From assembly GCA_003427395.1 (NCBI GenBank), contig BFEA01000012.1, positions 4,356,326-4,420,325 on the forward strand: a stretch of DNA of 64,000 nucleotides, read 5' to 3'. Every line of letters begins with the position of its first letter. The first letter of the stretch is position 1. Source of the DNA: Chara braunii. Its lineage: Eukaryota; Plantae; Charophyceae. Made by a program: the position numbers and the translations under genes. Shown here piece after piece: positions 1 to 12,463 of the stretch. Below the pieces are notes generated by a model. That model saw only the letters and a list, made by a program, of their open reading frames with translations. It was not told where the DNA came from and did no database searches.

Positions 1-959
1 CCGCCCATAACCCACCCAAGACAGTTCATGTAGACCTAAATCCGACCCATCACCCTGTGGGTCGGGTGGGTGCACGTGGGTGCGGCTCTGGGCGCCCGGT
101 GCCCAGCTCCGATCCGATGGGAGGGAGAAGTACTGCATGAGAAAAGGGAGGCAGAAGGAAAGGAAGATGGGTTCAGGGGAAGCAGACATCATAGGGTTCT
201 CAGTATTCACCACCAGAGCAGACTACTGTAGATACAACTTGGGGATTCCATCAAGAATGTGAGGGCGCGATTCATTGTCATTTGGAGTCAGTTAAACAAT
301 GGCACGAGTCATTGTCATTTGGAGTCGGTTGGATGTCATCAGGAATGATCGGGGCGAATTGGATTACGACCGGGGGAGTCGTTTGCAGGAACCGGAGGTT
401 GTTCAGCTACACGTGCACTCAGAAGGGCTGCTAGTCTTCCTCCGGGCACATCACAACCTGATAACAAGGGTATGCAAGCCTGGTACAGCCATAACGAGTG
501 TGCGTTGTGTTCGGGGGAAGCCCGTACTTGTGTGAATGCTGCGCATATGGCCGCACCTTGTGTCTGGTGCACATGCAATCCCGCAGCACTGAAACACCAT
601 CGCCACATTGTGGACAGCGCACTTGATATGCACTGTTCCCGGCGAGTGTGTAGTCGGAGTGACAATCTTTGTCTACCGCCAAGGTATCATACTGTTCACG
701 GACAGACGAGACCTCTGTGTAGGAGGTGGTGTCGGAGGTGACACATGTCTGCATCGACGAGGCATCTGTAATGGCTCATCTGACCGTGAATGTGAGGTTG
801 GGGATGAGGATGACAAACTTGATGTGGAAGGGGAGGAAGAAGGGAGGAGGAGGAGGAGGAGGGAGGGAGGGGAAGTAGGAGACGGAGAGGATGATGTGGT
901 GGAAGATACCCCGAAAGGGGAGAGCGGTTGACGAGGGCCAATAATGTGTTTCTGAAAAA

Positions 960-1826
960 AAAAAACAGACTCTCTCTCATTCCACCTACAAATCATGCAT
1001 GTGTGTGTTAGTCAACATCCCCAAACTCTCTCTCATTCCATCCTCATACCATCACAACTTTCATAAGCCATCCATAAACAAAAAAAAGTATAGATGAGCA
1101 ATATGACAGAAGCTGCAAGTTTCCCCATGTTTGTGTGGTCGAGCTGGAAGTGCCCACACACCCGTCTGCCCCGAAGCCGCAAACTTGCACAACTATACAT
1201 AGTTTTTTCAAACTAGGGCAGACGATGCGGCACACTTGCACAACTATACATATTTTTTTCAAACTATAAAGGGCAGAAGACAACATACCTAACACAGAAG
1301 GCTCCACCCACAAGAAAGCACCGACCAGAGGCAGCATAGTCCGAAAGAACTTGGAGAGCCCTCCGAGTTAGCCCACAAGCACAGCAGCACTGGCACTCCT
1401 ATTCCTCCCAAACAACACACACACCACCACTATCTCCATCACTCCATGGCTAAACACTCTCCATCTGCTGTCTAGCCTTTGGAGTGTATAGAGTACCATA
1501 ATCCAAAAGACCAAAAGATCTTCACGTGACAACGGGACGGCTACTGCTTAAAACAAGCGGGAAGTCCCCGTTTCTTCCATGTGCTCCAAAAGAGCAGCCC
1601 ATCAGAATGGCACCCAGAGCAAACACTCTCTGAGCCTCCTCGCCAAGATACTGTGGCCAGAACTCCAAGCATACATTCACAGAATCTCCACACAACACCA
1701 GAAGCACTACTGCTTAAAACACCATGGAAGCACCACCATCTTCCACGTTCTCCAAAAAGGCAGCCCGCGGGAGTGACACTCACAGTAAAGACTCCCTGAG
1801 CATCCTCGCAAAGATACCGTGACCAT
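960..1826 (+). repeat. Diverged repeat, copy A (copy B at ~3095-3770)
   Basis: Shared blocks GGAAGTGCCCACACACCCGTCTGCC (~1147 and ~3234), CAAGAAAGCACC, and TCTTCCATGTGCTCCAAAA...AAGATACTGTGGCC (two tandem units at 1540-1826, one at 3644-3760). Confidence 0.7.
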
Positions 1827-1881
1827 NNNNNNNNNNNNNNNNNNNNNNNNNNNNNNNNNNNNNNNNNNNNNNNNNNNNNNN

Positions 1882-2071
1882 AGTGTGTGTGTGTGAGAGA
1901 GAGAGAGAGAGGTGCATGTTTGTGTGTGTGTTTGTGTGTGTGTGTGTGAGAGAGAGAGAGAGGTGCATGTTTGTGTGTGTTTGTGTGTGTGTGTGAGAGA
2001 GAGAGAGAGATGGGTGCCACAGAGAGAGAGAGAGATGGGTGCCACAGAGAGAGAGAGAGAGAGATGGGTGC

Positions 2072-2116
<45 letters not shown>

Positions 2117-2150
2117 GTGCCACAGAGAGAGAGAGAGAGAGAGAGAGAGA
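1882..2150. repeat. Compound (GT)n/(GA)n microsatellite with interspersed GGTGCATGTTT and ATGGGTGCCAC motifs, next to an assembly gap
   Basis: Seen directly. N-run at 1827-1881. Confidence 0.9.
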
Positions 2151-2657
2151 TCAACACCCTCTGTGCCTGTTCCAGTTCTCCCTGCAAATGAACCATTTCA
2201 CTGAGAATTTTTGATCGGTATAAAGGGAAGACCCCCAGAGAAAGAATGAAGCCGAGTCATATTTCCTACAACCAAGTCAAAAAATCCAAAACTTCTGTTG
2301 CTGTCATAAAGAGCTATAGACAACTTAAAAAATTGGTGATAACCACACCGGTACTCAGGCTCCCGTTCACTGCACCTGCAAGCTCCGAGGGCAGTGACAA
2401 GGAGTTCGCCTTCTGCAAACACTCCAACTAAACAACAGAGAACCTCAATCAGCAGAGTGGTATATGGCAAGTACGAGAATCAATACAGGTGGATTATTGG
2501 CCACCTTCGTCATTTTGCCCCCCTTATCGACATACATACTATTTGCCACAAATGTGGCACATGGAAAGGACAAAGCCATCCCCTCAAAGCTCGTGGTAGG
2601 AGGAGATTGGCAAGGTCAAAACAAATAGGATTAAAGACGCAACACAATCTCAAAAAG

Positions 2658-2792
2658 TCAATCGCAGGAACTCCCCATCACCTCTAGAGCTGATGTTGAC
2701 GACTGAACGTCTCCATCGTTATTCTGTATCCGCTCCCTTTCCCATTCATGGTCCAGTTGCAGATGATGTGCTCGCAAGCTGCACTCCTCTAC
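2658..2792 (-). CDS. QWRF-family gene, last coding exon (VEECSLRAHHLQ...SSCD*)
   Basis: TCACAG acceptor, conserved V.ECSLR.H..Q terminal motif, TGA stop at 2660-2658. Confidence 0.9.
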   Translation of the reverse strand, partial: VEECSLRAHHLQLDHEWERERIQNNDGDVQSSTSALEVMGSSCD

Positions 2793-3094
2793 CTGTGACA
2801 GAACCAGAATTGGTTACCAAACACAAACAAAAGATCCACCGTACGGTCAGGTCAACAGTATTTTGAGCCTATTCACAAGTTCGCCATGACAAATGAATTT
2901 CGTCGATTAGCATTCCTAAGGGAGGATTACCTGAGAATAGCAAACGACATCACAACACCTCCAGCGCCTCCGCCAGTTCTCCCTGTGAATGAAGCCACTT
3001 CACTTACAATTTCGTTCAGCGAAAAGGGAAGGCTCTGGCAGAAATTCCAGTCCGTGGACAAGGGGATGCGTGCATACGTGTGCTGAAGGGTGTT

Positions 3095-3770
3095 GTCAAA
3101 AAAACGCAAACTCTCTCTCTCTCTCTCTCATTCGATCCACAAACCATCTCAGACCATGCATTAAGAAAAAGGAGAGTATAGGTGGCCAATATAATAGATG
3201 ACACAAGGTTCCCGATGTTTGTGGAGTTGAGCAGGAAGTGCCCACACACCCGTCTGCCACCAAAGCGGCACAGTTGCACAGATACAGTATAGTTTTTCAT
3301 CTATAAGGAAAAAAAAATACAGGGAAGGGCAAGTGCCCACTCATCTGTCTGCTGCCGAAGCATACAACTCAATTCTACCACACAAGATCACATACCAGGC
3401 ACAGATCCAAATATTTGTGCTTACATCGATGAAGGGAAAAAGGCAACACGCCTAACAAATTATATACATGGAGAACAAAGAATAAGTGCACCACAGCACA
3501 TAAGGCTCTACCATCAAGAAAGCACCACCGAGCTCCAAAGAAAGCACCCACCGAGCCCCCATTGGTCGAAAAGAATGAGGCGAGCCCTCTGCGTAGACTC
3601 ACAAAGCCACACTCCACAGAATCTCCACGCGACACGAGGAGCACTACTGCGCAAAACACCATAGAAGCTCCACCATCTTCCATGTGCTCCAAAAAAGCAG
3701 CCCGTGGGAGTGACACCCACAACAAAGACTCTCTTAGCCTCCTCACGAAGATACTGTGGCCGTGATTCCA
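3095..3770 (+). repeat. Diverged repeat, copy B, in the last QWRF intron
   Basis: Same blocks in the same order as 960-1826. Confidence 0.7.
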
Positions 3771-4453
3771 TACAAACATTCCCGCCCAAAAAAGCGCGAG
3801 AGCTTTGGACTGCCACCAAAACAAACCCTTCCCCACTTGAGAGCGAGAGATTGCACATTGCTTAGCAAAGTGAACACGGTGGTTTATAGTCCACAGTCAC
3901 GTGTATGCACGTGTGTGGCATTTGGGAGGAGGAGAGGGTATGCAGCGTGCCCCAAGAGAGTTTCAGAGGCAGCATGCCTGCACGCCCCATAAACTTCAGG
4001 TACAAACAGAGATGCAGCGTGCCCCAAGAGAGTTTCAGAGGCAACATGTCCAGAGGAGTACCCCTCCTAGATGCTTTTGCTGACTGGGCCCTGGCTATAG
4101 GGATATGCTATTGTAACAAAAGTTCAACATGAGAAAATTACAGAGTACTTCCGAGTGTATTATTGCTAATGTGCTTTATTCAATTTGTATTGCCTGGGTT
4201 TCTCAAGGCCTCAGGTTCTTCATGCTTTGCAAATGATATCTTTTTTTGTGCATAATACACAGGTATCAATAGATTATTATAGAATAAACACATTTCCAAT
4301 CAGACAATATAACAGGAAAGCACAAAAGGTAGAAGGGGAACGGGTGAGCACAGTAGAGAACAGTATCTCACAATGTCACAATTAGTCAGGGTGAAAACAC
4401 GAGGTAGTCCAGAGTTGGTTCTACAAAGCATACAACGTATTGAGCTAACACAC

Positions 4454-4561
4454 CTCCAGCATTGCTGCTGCAGACAGCAACTCTCCGCACTCTTCCAAGA
4501 GGGCTCGCTCTTGTCTTACCACCTCTGCAAGCTGTGACAACAGTGATTCTGTGCTCTCGAC
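4454..4561 (-). CDS. QWRF-family gene, coding exon 5 (VESTESLLSQLAEVVRQERALLEECGELLSAAAMLE)
   Basis: TGCAG acceptor, GAG|GTGTGT donor, 108 bp, phase 0-0. Contains the family motif QERALLEECGELLS. Confidence 0.92.
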
Positions 4562-4795
4562 CTGCATATGAGCATATGATTCGATATGATTAGACAGAAA
4601 AGATTCAGACATCACATTTGATAATATGGATATTGACGACTACATAAAGATGGACCAACAAGGTTAGATCCAAGAATGAACAGGGCGGGAATAATGAGAC
4701 CATTGCACAGCAATCAGACAAGAGAGAGAAACAAATGTTGGCAGAGTGGACAAGCAGAGGGTACGGGAATTGCATTTTTTGTTGACCATGACACT

Positions 4796-4891
<96 letters not shown>

Positions 4892-4900
4892 TGTGTGTGT
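4796..4900. repeat. (CT)n(GT)n microsatellite
   Basis: Seen directly. Confidence 0.95.
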
Positions 4901-5289
4901 CTCCCCCTCAACGCCTGTGTGGTTGAATTGAGGGTGCCCAAGCAGCAGTTATTCCGCCTACCCCTTTTCGAACACAGACACATGGCACCTGGCACCTGGC
5001 TGCCTTAAGCCTTGTGCTTGTGGGTAGGTGTGTCTGCTCCTACATAGGGACCCCGGAGACTTACCTAACAAAGACCAGACAAAGCACGTGTGCAAGTGAG
5101 AAACAGCAGCCACATTTCCATTGCCACGGCAATCACTAGAAGTTGCAACCACCATTTTACTGCTTGCTTTTGTATGTGACAAATATACATAAAGATTGGG
5201 CAACAGAAATGTTGCCTCAATACATTTGCTTGTCACTCTACCCAACATAAAATAAGTTCAATCACTGATGACCATCGACACGGCACCAT

Positions 5290-5876
5290 GTTATCAGCCA
5301 CCAAAAACCAGATGTCGACTACAAAGTTGCGCATGAGCCGTCAAGCCCACCATCTGCCTTGCTCGTTCCACGCAGGCGACCTTGTTTGGGTCCGCCAGCC
5401 TCGAGCAAGACATCTCTCACAAGCTCCTTCCAAAATAGATGGGGCCTTAGTGCATCCTACCACCCACTAGTGGCGCACTGGAAGGACCTTCAGGACCCAG
5501 CCCACTTGCCCATCCACCCGGTCTTTAATTGTTCAAAGTAAGATCTGTTTGTTTCAGCGGAACACGACGACTTTCCCGGGCGACGATCGCAAGACCCACC
5601 CTCCATGGTTTTTAGAAGGTCAACGACATCATTTCCCAGCTACGGCAACAAGCTGATCAAGTACTTAGTACATTTTTCCTATTGTAGCCATACAGCTGAC
5701 CGTTGGTTGACCCTTGCAGAACTCCACGCAACAGCCCCTGAAGTCCTCGCACGTTATGAACGGAAGCAGCAAGGCAAGCCGGCGCCTTCGGCTCCACGCC
5801 GTACGCGCGTCCAGGTTTCAACTTCGGATCGCCAGCTTCGCCCTCAAGCCAGCTTGACTTCATAAGGAGGGGTGAG
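5290..5876 (+). mobile_element. Decayed Ty3/gypsy (chromovirus-type) integrase C-terminus, chromodomain and polypurine tract
   Basis: Broken-frame peptides SFHAGDLVWVR, PIHPVFNCSK and KYLVHFSYCSHTADRWLTLAELHATAPEVLARYE (chromodomain-like). PPT AAGGAGGGGTGAG at 5864-5876 abuts the LTR TG. Confidence 0.8.
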
Positions 5877-7050
5877 TGTTACATGCTGAGCCTACACACC
5901 GGCCCCGTTTCGGGGGCCCGGCAGTTGCTGGGGGGCCCCAGGCCGCACACCATTCAGGCACACGCCCTGGAGGCCCACGGCCAGCCATAGGGCCGCAGGA
6001 TTCAATTTGAGGCAGCATTCATTTATTTATTTATTTATTTGCTGTCGTATTTGACTGTTCAGGCGTCGTTTCGGACTCGTAGTTCGTCCGAACAGACTTT
6101 TGGTCTTTTCGGACAAAGGCCACGTTTTGGGCCTTTTTCTTTCGCAGGCAGGCCCTTTCTGGCCACGTAAGTGTTTGTCCAGTCGCGGACACTCCCTGCT
6201 GCATCACCAGGGAGGGCCTGGACGTCCGGTAGGGACCCAGGCAGGCCGTTTCAGTCCATGACCAGAGGCACACCAGCAAGGCCCAACGCTACACATAGCT
6301 GGGCCAGGCCAGGGCAAACACACTGTTCGAGTACCTCACTTCTTGGGCGACACGCTGCTGGGGCAGCTCAACACAGTGCGCTAGAGGTAGAGTAGGAGGT
6401 AGAGAGGCAGAGAGAGAGAGAGGCGGCGGACACACCTGCATTGGCGAAGTACCTACCTGGGCGCCATAGCGGACTTCTCGCCAGCGACGTGCAGCACAGA
6501 GAGATGCGCGCCAGTAAGTTAGTACGTGGCGGCAGTTACCTGCAGGTGAGACGGAGAGGAGGACGACATCTTATTCTTCCTCCAGTTTTCACCCTCCATC
6601 CTCTTCTTTCAGAGAGAGAAAAAGGTTACAGGCAGAAGTTGCATCTGATTCGACATTTTTGTGGCAGACATTGATTGGACACTCTGCAGGGAGATTATTT
6701 TTGGACTTCGCTATCACGATCTATTCTCCCTCATCTCCATCTTCGTCACGCCTCTTCCCCCATCTCCTCATCCGTGGCATCTCCCCATGTGCGTGATGGA
6801 GGAGGGACCTTCCGTCTATGTATGCCATCCCTCCTCTCTCTCTCGTATGTGTGGTGTATGATGGGATGTCGCATCAGTATCTGTCAGGTCAGGTCATATC
6901 TTCCGCTGCGCTACATTGTGCTATTTTCACATATATCTGGATGTACATTGCTTGTTGATGCTTTGCTGACGCTGCATTGTCCATTCGAGTCCTTTTCATC
7001 ACTTTGCGGATCCTTGGCTCCATATACATCACTCGACTGACCATGTATCA
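5877..7050 (+). mobile_element. 3' LTR (~1.17 kb) of the gypsy remnant, in QWRF intron 4, antisense to the gene
   Basis: Starts TGTTACA immediately after the PPT and ends TGTATCA (TG...CA with a 6/7 terminal inverted match). No 5' LTR is seen. Confidence 0.75.
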
Positions 7051-8088
7051 AGCAGGGACTACTAGGAAGTAGAAGGTTACTAGAAATGAGGACGAAGAGA
7101 AAGGAGACTAAGAAGAAGAAGAAAGACTAAAAAAGAACAAGCAATGTGAAGAAAAAAAAGCTGACCTTCGCTCCATTCGTGCGTGGCACAACAGTCTCCA
7201 ATGGCGGAGGTAAGAACGGCGCAGCAGAGGTGACGGGGCATGCGGAGGAGGTTACACAGCAGTAGTGACGATGGTGGCTGCAGCGTGATGATGACTGCCA
7301 CATGCAATCTCACGGGGCGGGCAGGGCAAGACTGGCAGGGCTGACAACGGCCTTCGGCAGGATGGCCAGGTTTCAAATTTGAAACATGGAGCTGCCCACC
7401 ATCGATCTGGGATGATCAATGGCCCAGATTGCAAAAAACAAAAGAGTGAAATGTGGCCTTACCGTTACCAGCCCTGAAAAAAAAGAGCGCCCGCTAAATT
7501 TTCGTTTGGCCTCCAGGCCAATCAACGGCGGCGCAAAAGAAAAAAATTGAAGCGTGTTTGGCGTTGGCGCTCCATCAGGCCGACCTGGGGTGTCGCCCGG
7601 CCGAGCGCCCCGAGCGTCATTCCGGGAGCCGCGGGGTACCCCGTGAGCCCGGATTGGAAAGCTAGACACTAACAACAAAAAAAAAACATAAAACACCTTG
7701 CTCTTCCAGTTCTGAAGTTGAAGTGATGCCTTGCATCCATGATCAAAACTGTTGGTCAAAACTGTAAAGGCTCTCATGTAAGGAGATGGGAATTCCAGTG
7801 TGGTCTGATCTAGCACAGCAGTGAGCAGGCACTCACAACGTGCACAAGTGCACACAAACACATACACATGGCACAGAGAGGGGCAGACAGAAAACAGGGT
7901 CACAGACTGACAGAGACAATCAAGGGGACATTTGTCCAGCATAGGGACATTTCTCCAGCCAATAACTCGTAGCCGAACGACACTGCCAAAAATCAATCCG
8001 CCATCCTTCACTTGGGTGGGCATTTTCTTAATGATTTGTGACTGGGTGGAACATAGTGTGTTCGCATTTTGGATTACAAAATACTTGC

Positions 8089-8178
8089 CTTCGGCAGCAG
8101 TGCATTCATGCTCGGATTCACTGCATCCATCACCTCAGTAGCACTCGCCAATAGAGACGTCATACTTCCAACGTTAGC
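8089..8178 (-). CDS. QWRF-family gene, coding exon 4 (ANVGSMTSLLASATEVMDAVNPSMNALLPK), followed by a GC donor
   Basis: AACAG acceptor, 90 bp, phase 0-0. Matches the family pattern SA..VM........LL.K. The donor is AAG|GCAAGT. Confidence 0.85.
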
Positions 8179-8348
8179 CTGTTCGAAGGGTCAGGGAAAA
8201 AAAGAATAGTCAGCCAAACTACACAGGAAGGTCGCAGTGAAAATTTGGTTTTGTCATCACTGGGGTGTTTCTGCACCCACCAAAAGCAGCCCAAGTCCGG
8301 GCTCTTTCTTGTTTCTCAGTATTGTTGGTGGGAGGAGGTAGGCGGGCA

Positions 8349-8720
8349 AGGGGGTATAAACAGTGTTTCAAGGGGTGTGAATTATATTATATCTTTATTT
8401 TTTTAGTCTTCGATTCACTAAGGAATTTTGGGGTAACCCTCAGCCAAAAGATGTTTGCATTGCAATTCTACAGAACATATTTTTTGATTTTCGTCTCTAT
8501 TTCGTGGTGGGACTGGCTGGGACCTGGCCAGGAGGGGCCGGGTGAGGGGGTATAAACAGGGTTTCAAGGTGTGTGCCTTAGATTATTATCTTCAGTTTAT
8601 AGTCTTCGATTCAATAAGGAATTTTCGGGTGACCCTCAGCATTGCAATTCTAGACAACCTATTCTTTGATTTTCTTTTCCTATTTCGTGGTGGATCTGGC
8701 CAGGACCTGGTCAGGAGGCC
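8349..8720 (+). repeat. ~195-bp tandem duplication, probably the interior of a non-autonomous DNA transposon
   Basis: GGGGTATAAACAG.GTTTCAAGG...TAGTCTTCGATTCA..AAGGAATTTT...GACCTGG.CAGGAGG occurs twice. Confidence 0.75.
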
Positions 8721-9162
8721 GCGTCTTACCGGAACCAGCCCGGGGCGCCCCTGAAGGCATGCCAACTATTCACACAGTTAATATACCGATTCAAGTTACT
8801 CTGGCTCTTCCATTGAAACAGCTGGGCATGGTGAACAGGCATAAAGTCTCCCTATCTTCAGAGACTCTAGCAAAAATAATCATGCATACACTGTCACGCA
8901 AGCAAACTAAGATCCAACCCAATCTAACAGAAGACAGACAAAAAGTTCGATCACATCATTCATTTCAGAGACTGGCAACGGAATGGAAAAGAAGGTGCAA
9001 GAGGTGTCAGGGGAGCCTTCGCTTTTGATAGATGTTACTCACAGCAAAGAAAGAGAAAACGAGGACATCGAGAACAGTCTTCAGGTACACAATATCACTT
9101 GCAAAACCTCAAACCCACAACAGTAACTTGGAAACAGCAATTGTTGGGCGTAGGCAAAATAC

Positions 9163-9279
9163 CTTAGCGCCATTGACAAGTGGAACTTGTCGCATAGCTG
9201 TCTCCAATGCTTCAATAGCTCCACCAAAACAAGTCGTATGCTCCTGCCTGATCTCGGTCCACTCTTCCAGCCTCGCTGC
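9163..9279 (-). CDS. QWRF-family gene, coding exon 3 (AARLEEWTEIRQEHTTCFGGAIEALETAMRQVPLVNGAK)
   Basis: CAG acceptor, AAG|GTATTT donor, 117 bp, phase 0-0. Matches the family pattern LEEW.....H.....GA.EAL......P...GAK. Confidence 0.9.
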
Positions 9280-12129
9280 CTGGCAGGAGATTGCAGAGTA
9301 TCAGCCGTTGATTTTGATGACTGCATCAGGCAACAGACATCAATCTTATGGAGGCCACAGTCTTGAAATCCTAGCCCCCAAATCCCAACAGTGCACACAG
9401 GGTGAAGGGCAAGGGTAGGGCAACACACTTAGGCCTGCAGCCAGCTGTCTACATGGACGATTTCCCCTGACAATGGACCCTCTACACCGTCCCAGGGTGA
9501 ACGCTCACACACCAGCTCCAGAATCTCGTACAGCCCTGGATCGGATGGTCAATTCTGATGCTATAGTCAGTATCGCCACATCCACATACATTGAATATCA
9601 CCTCCTGCCACAGAGATAAGGCCCAGAATATGATTCTTGCAAACAGAAGGGAATACACAGTGACAACCCGAAACTATGTCGACCAGCTGACACCTCTTAG
9701 GTCTACCCCACCACACCACTTCACCTTCCCCTCGTGCTGCAGCAACCCTCCTCGTCACCCCTGTAATCGCCATGCCACCATCTCTTGAGGCGGTGATGGC
9801 CTCTCAACCACTCCACTCACCTAGACAGTGCACAATCACCCAGACACCTCCACATCCTGTTCAACTCCCGGGCACGCCCAAACATAACACCTTTACCAAC
9901 ACCCACCAGCATAGCCCAGTACCTCCCTTTCTCCTCACTTTGGTAAACCACGACTATCTCCCAACTTAATGCAACATCCACTGGAAACCGGCACCCCAGT
10001 CAAGCAGACAGCTCCTCAAGATCGATCCAGTTCCCTGGAGACACCCGGCACCACAACTCCCCGTCCACAAAATCTGCTCTGTTCCAAAATCACCTCCACA
10101 CCTGGACCCCACATCTCCACCACCCAGAACCCACCATGATAATCATAAACATTGCCCTGGCCTTGCTCCACACACTGACCACAACTCAAGCTCACCCATG
10201 GCTACTCCGATCACTTCCCTCTTCATGCCAGTCAAAATATATTGTCACAATCCCCTACGTTGTCCTAAATTCCCTCCACACACTCACCAGAACTCAAGAT
10301 CACCCAATGCCCAGTCAGCACACTCCGCACCCGTCTTGTCATCCGCCCCTTCCTCCCATCCTTGGCCCGCCTTCTGGTTCTCCTTCAACAGCATCATTAG
10401 ATTCATTACCATGTAAACAGTGGGCCTGAGCCCCAATCCGGGACTCGGGATCCGCTTGGGTTGGAGTCATTAGTCAAATCGAACCAGTTTCCCTCTTTTG
10501 AGGCCCACACACCATGAAAACAGGATTGGAGAAATCTCCCTTTCCCGCATTAAGTTCGGGTGAATGCCATATAGTGTGAAAAACGGTGTGCTGACAAGAA
10601 AAACATACAACCAATCCATAGTGTGAAAAATGGTGTGACTAATAATAAACATGCAACCACTCCATAGCATGAAAAATGGAGTGCCTACTCCATCCATACT
10701 GCAAAACTCAAATTGCAAAAAATACAAGGACTAAAAGGTCAAAAGACGAGATGGAGAGTGATAACGAGTAGAAGAGGAAGGAAAAGAATCAAAGACAGAA
10801 TCGCACATGTTATCAGGGCTGCCGGCACAAACATTCGGAGGGGATTAATCACCTCCTGGACTTTCGGGGATTCGGGCCCCGTTCGTCCAGCGGTTCGGAG
10901 CCCGCCAAACCCCGTCCCAGACTACAACCTAACACACTACCACTAAAATTTCGTGTTAATCTGTTGAGTAAAGAAAACAAAAAAAATCGTAGAAGATAGG
11001 GGTGCGAGGAATGAGCCCTTGTGGGGCCCTTATCAGACATGCAAGTGCTCTGGGCTGCAGCCCCCAGCTACCTCGTGCCCGCCTTAAGTAAAGGCAGGCC
11101 TGAATATCCACGTGAGACCTACTTTCCACATTTTCCATATGTGGGGTATCAGACAGTTGCAGCACGCCAGTTGGTTACAGAGCAGCATGAACCTTCAGGC
11201 TCCTTCCAGAAGCGAAGTCTGCGCTGTACAGTTGAGCCAAGGGCTCAGGAGGTTGCGCCCTGGGCACATGCTGTGTGAGGCCGACACATCATGGACTAGG
11301 CCACGGGCCAATGAGGAAGCAGCATTGTTGTCACACATGCACCGCAAGTCAATGAGAATGCTGCGAACACTTGGAGGCTGGGTGGCTGCCTGAACGTGCC
11401 CAACTGTACGAGGCCCAGGCCAGCATCTGAAACTGGGCCTGGGCAAAACTGGGCATGGGCGCAAACACTTGGGGCCAGACTGAAGCTACTGGGCCCCCAC
11501 ACGCCTGGCCAGGCCAGCCAGCAGCAGGCACACTTTCCATAAAGGAAAGTGTGTGCCCCCTGGCCACGGCAATCTGGCCTGCCAAGGAAATGCGTCCACG
11601 CTGCTGTGTTGTCGGATGAGCGCTGCTTAGCACTGGCAGGCCGGGGCACCTACAGGCGGTGATGAGGTGAGAGGGCACTGTGGTGGCAGTGGGCGCACAG
11701 AGACCATAGCCCAGTCGAGCGTGCGGATGCAGGCGATCGCGATGGTGGTCTTCGGGTAAGAGGCGGGTGATGAGGGGAACCAAGGGTTGATGAGGGGAGG
11801 AGAGAGAACATGTCTGGTGTATGCTGGTGGTCGGCATGGGTGTTGACGTCACATACATTGGTCTTCGACTTCAATGTGTGCCAGTCATACCAACTTAGAT
11901 AGGAGAGATAGGCTGAGAAGTGTAGGCTGGGCGCTCGGCACCACACAATAGGAGTGACATTGGATACAGAGTTGGTGTGAGGAGAGAGCGTCGACATTGG
12001 CACTCGAGTTCATTGTATTGTTCTTATTTGGATGGTATCTTGGTGCATTTGTGCCCTCTGCTTGGTACATAACTATCTGGACTACTTCATGATTTCGCAA
12101 CTTGGTTTTCTGTCTATCGCTCTTCGCTC

Positions 12130-12463
12130 ATATTCCTTGCAGGGGGGTCAAAAACATTTGTAGCCCACCAAGATTTACAAAAATGAATGAGTTCAGGGCA
12201 CATTGTAATTCACGGGGCCGCCTTCGCTTAGGGTCGGCACTCACCTGCTGCAGAGCATTAAAAAACACGTAGTGCGAAAAAAACACCCCTCCGCAATACA
12301 TCCCAGCCAAAAAAAAAAAAAAAGAACAGAAAATTTTCAAAAAAAAGGAAAAAATATATATATTTCACATTCAAGCCGAACATGTTGGGGGGAAGGAGGG
12401 GGTCCTGAACGTTCGGGCCTTCGGATTTGGGGGCTCGGCCAAAGCCGAACACCGGCCACCCTG
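12130..12463 (-). mobile_element. Truncated hAT-like MITE end related to the 49407-50162 element
   Basis: The terminus read on the minus strand, CAGGGTGGCCGGTGTTCGG, resembles CAGGGTTGCCGGCGTTCGG at 49407. Both have CCGAAC/GTTCGG subterminal motifs. No partner TIR or TSD found. Confidence 0.5.

Noticed and set aside
431-754. Cys-rich minus-strand ORF (CPQC...C.C)
   Set aside because: No recognisable zinc-finger spacing or splice context; cannot be supported without a database search.
12040-12125. Minus-strand AIDRK/TKLRNHEV resembling a gypsy chromodomain start
   Set aside because: Too short and needs a frameshift; no PPT or LTR boundary could be established.
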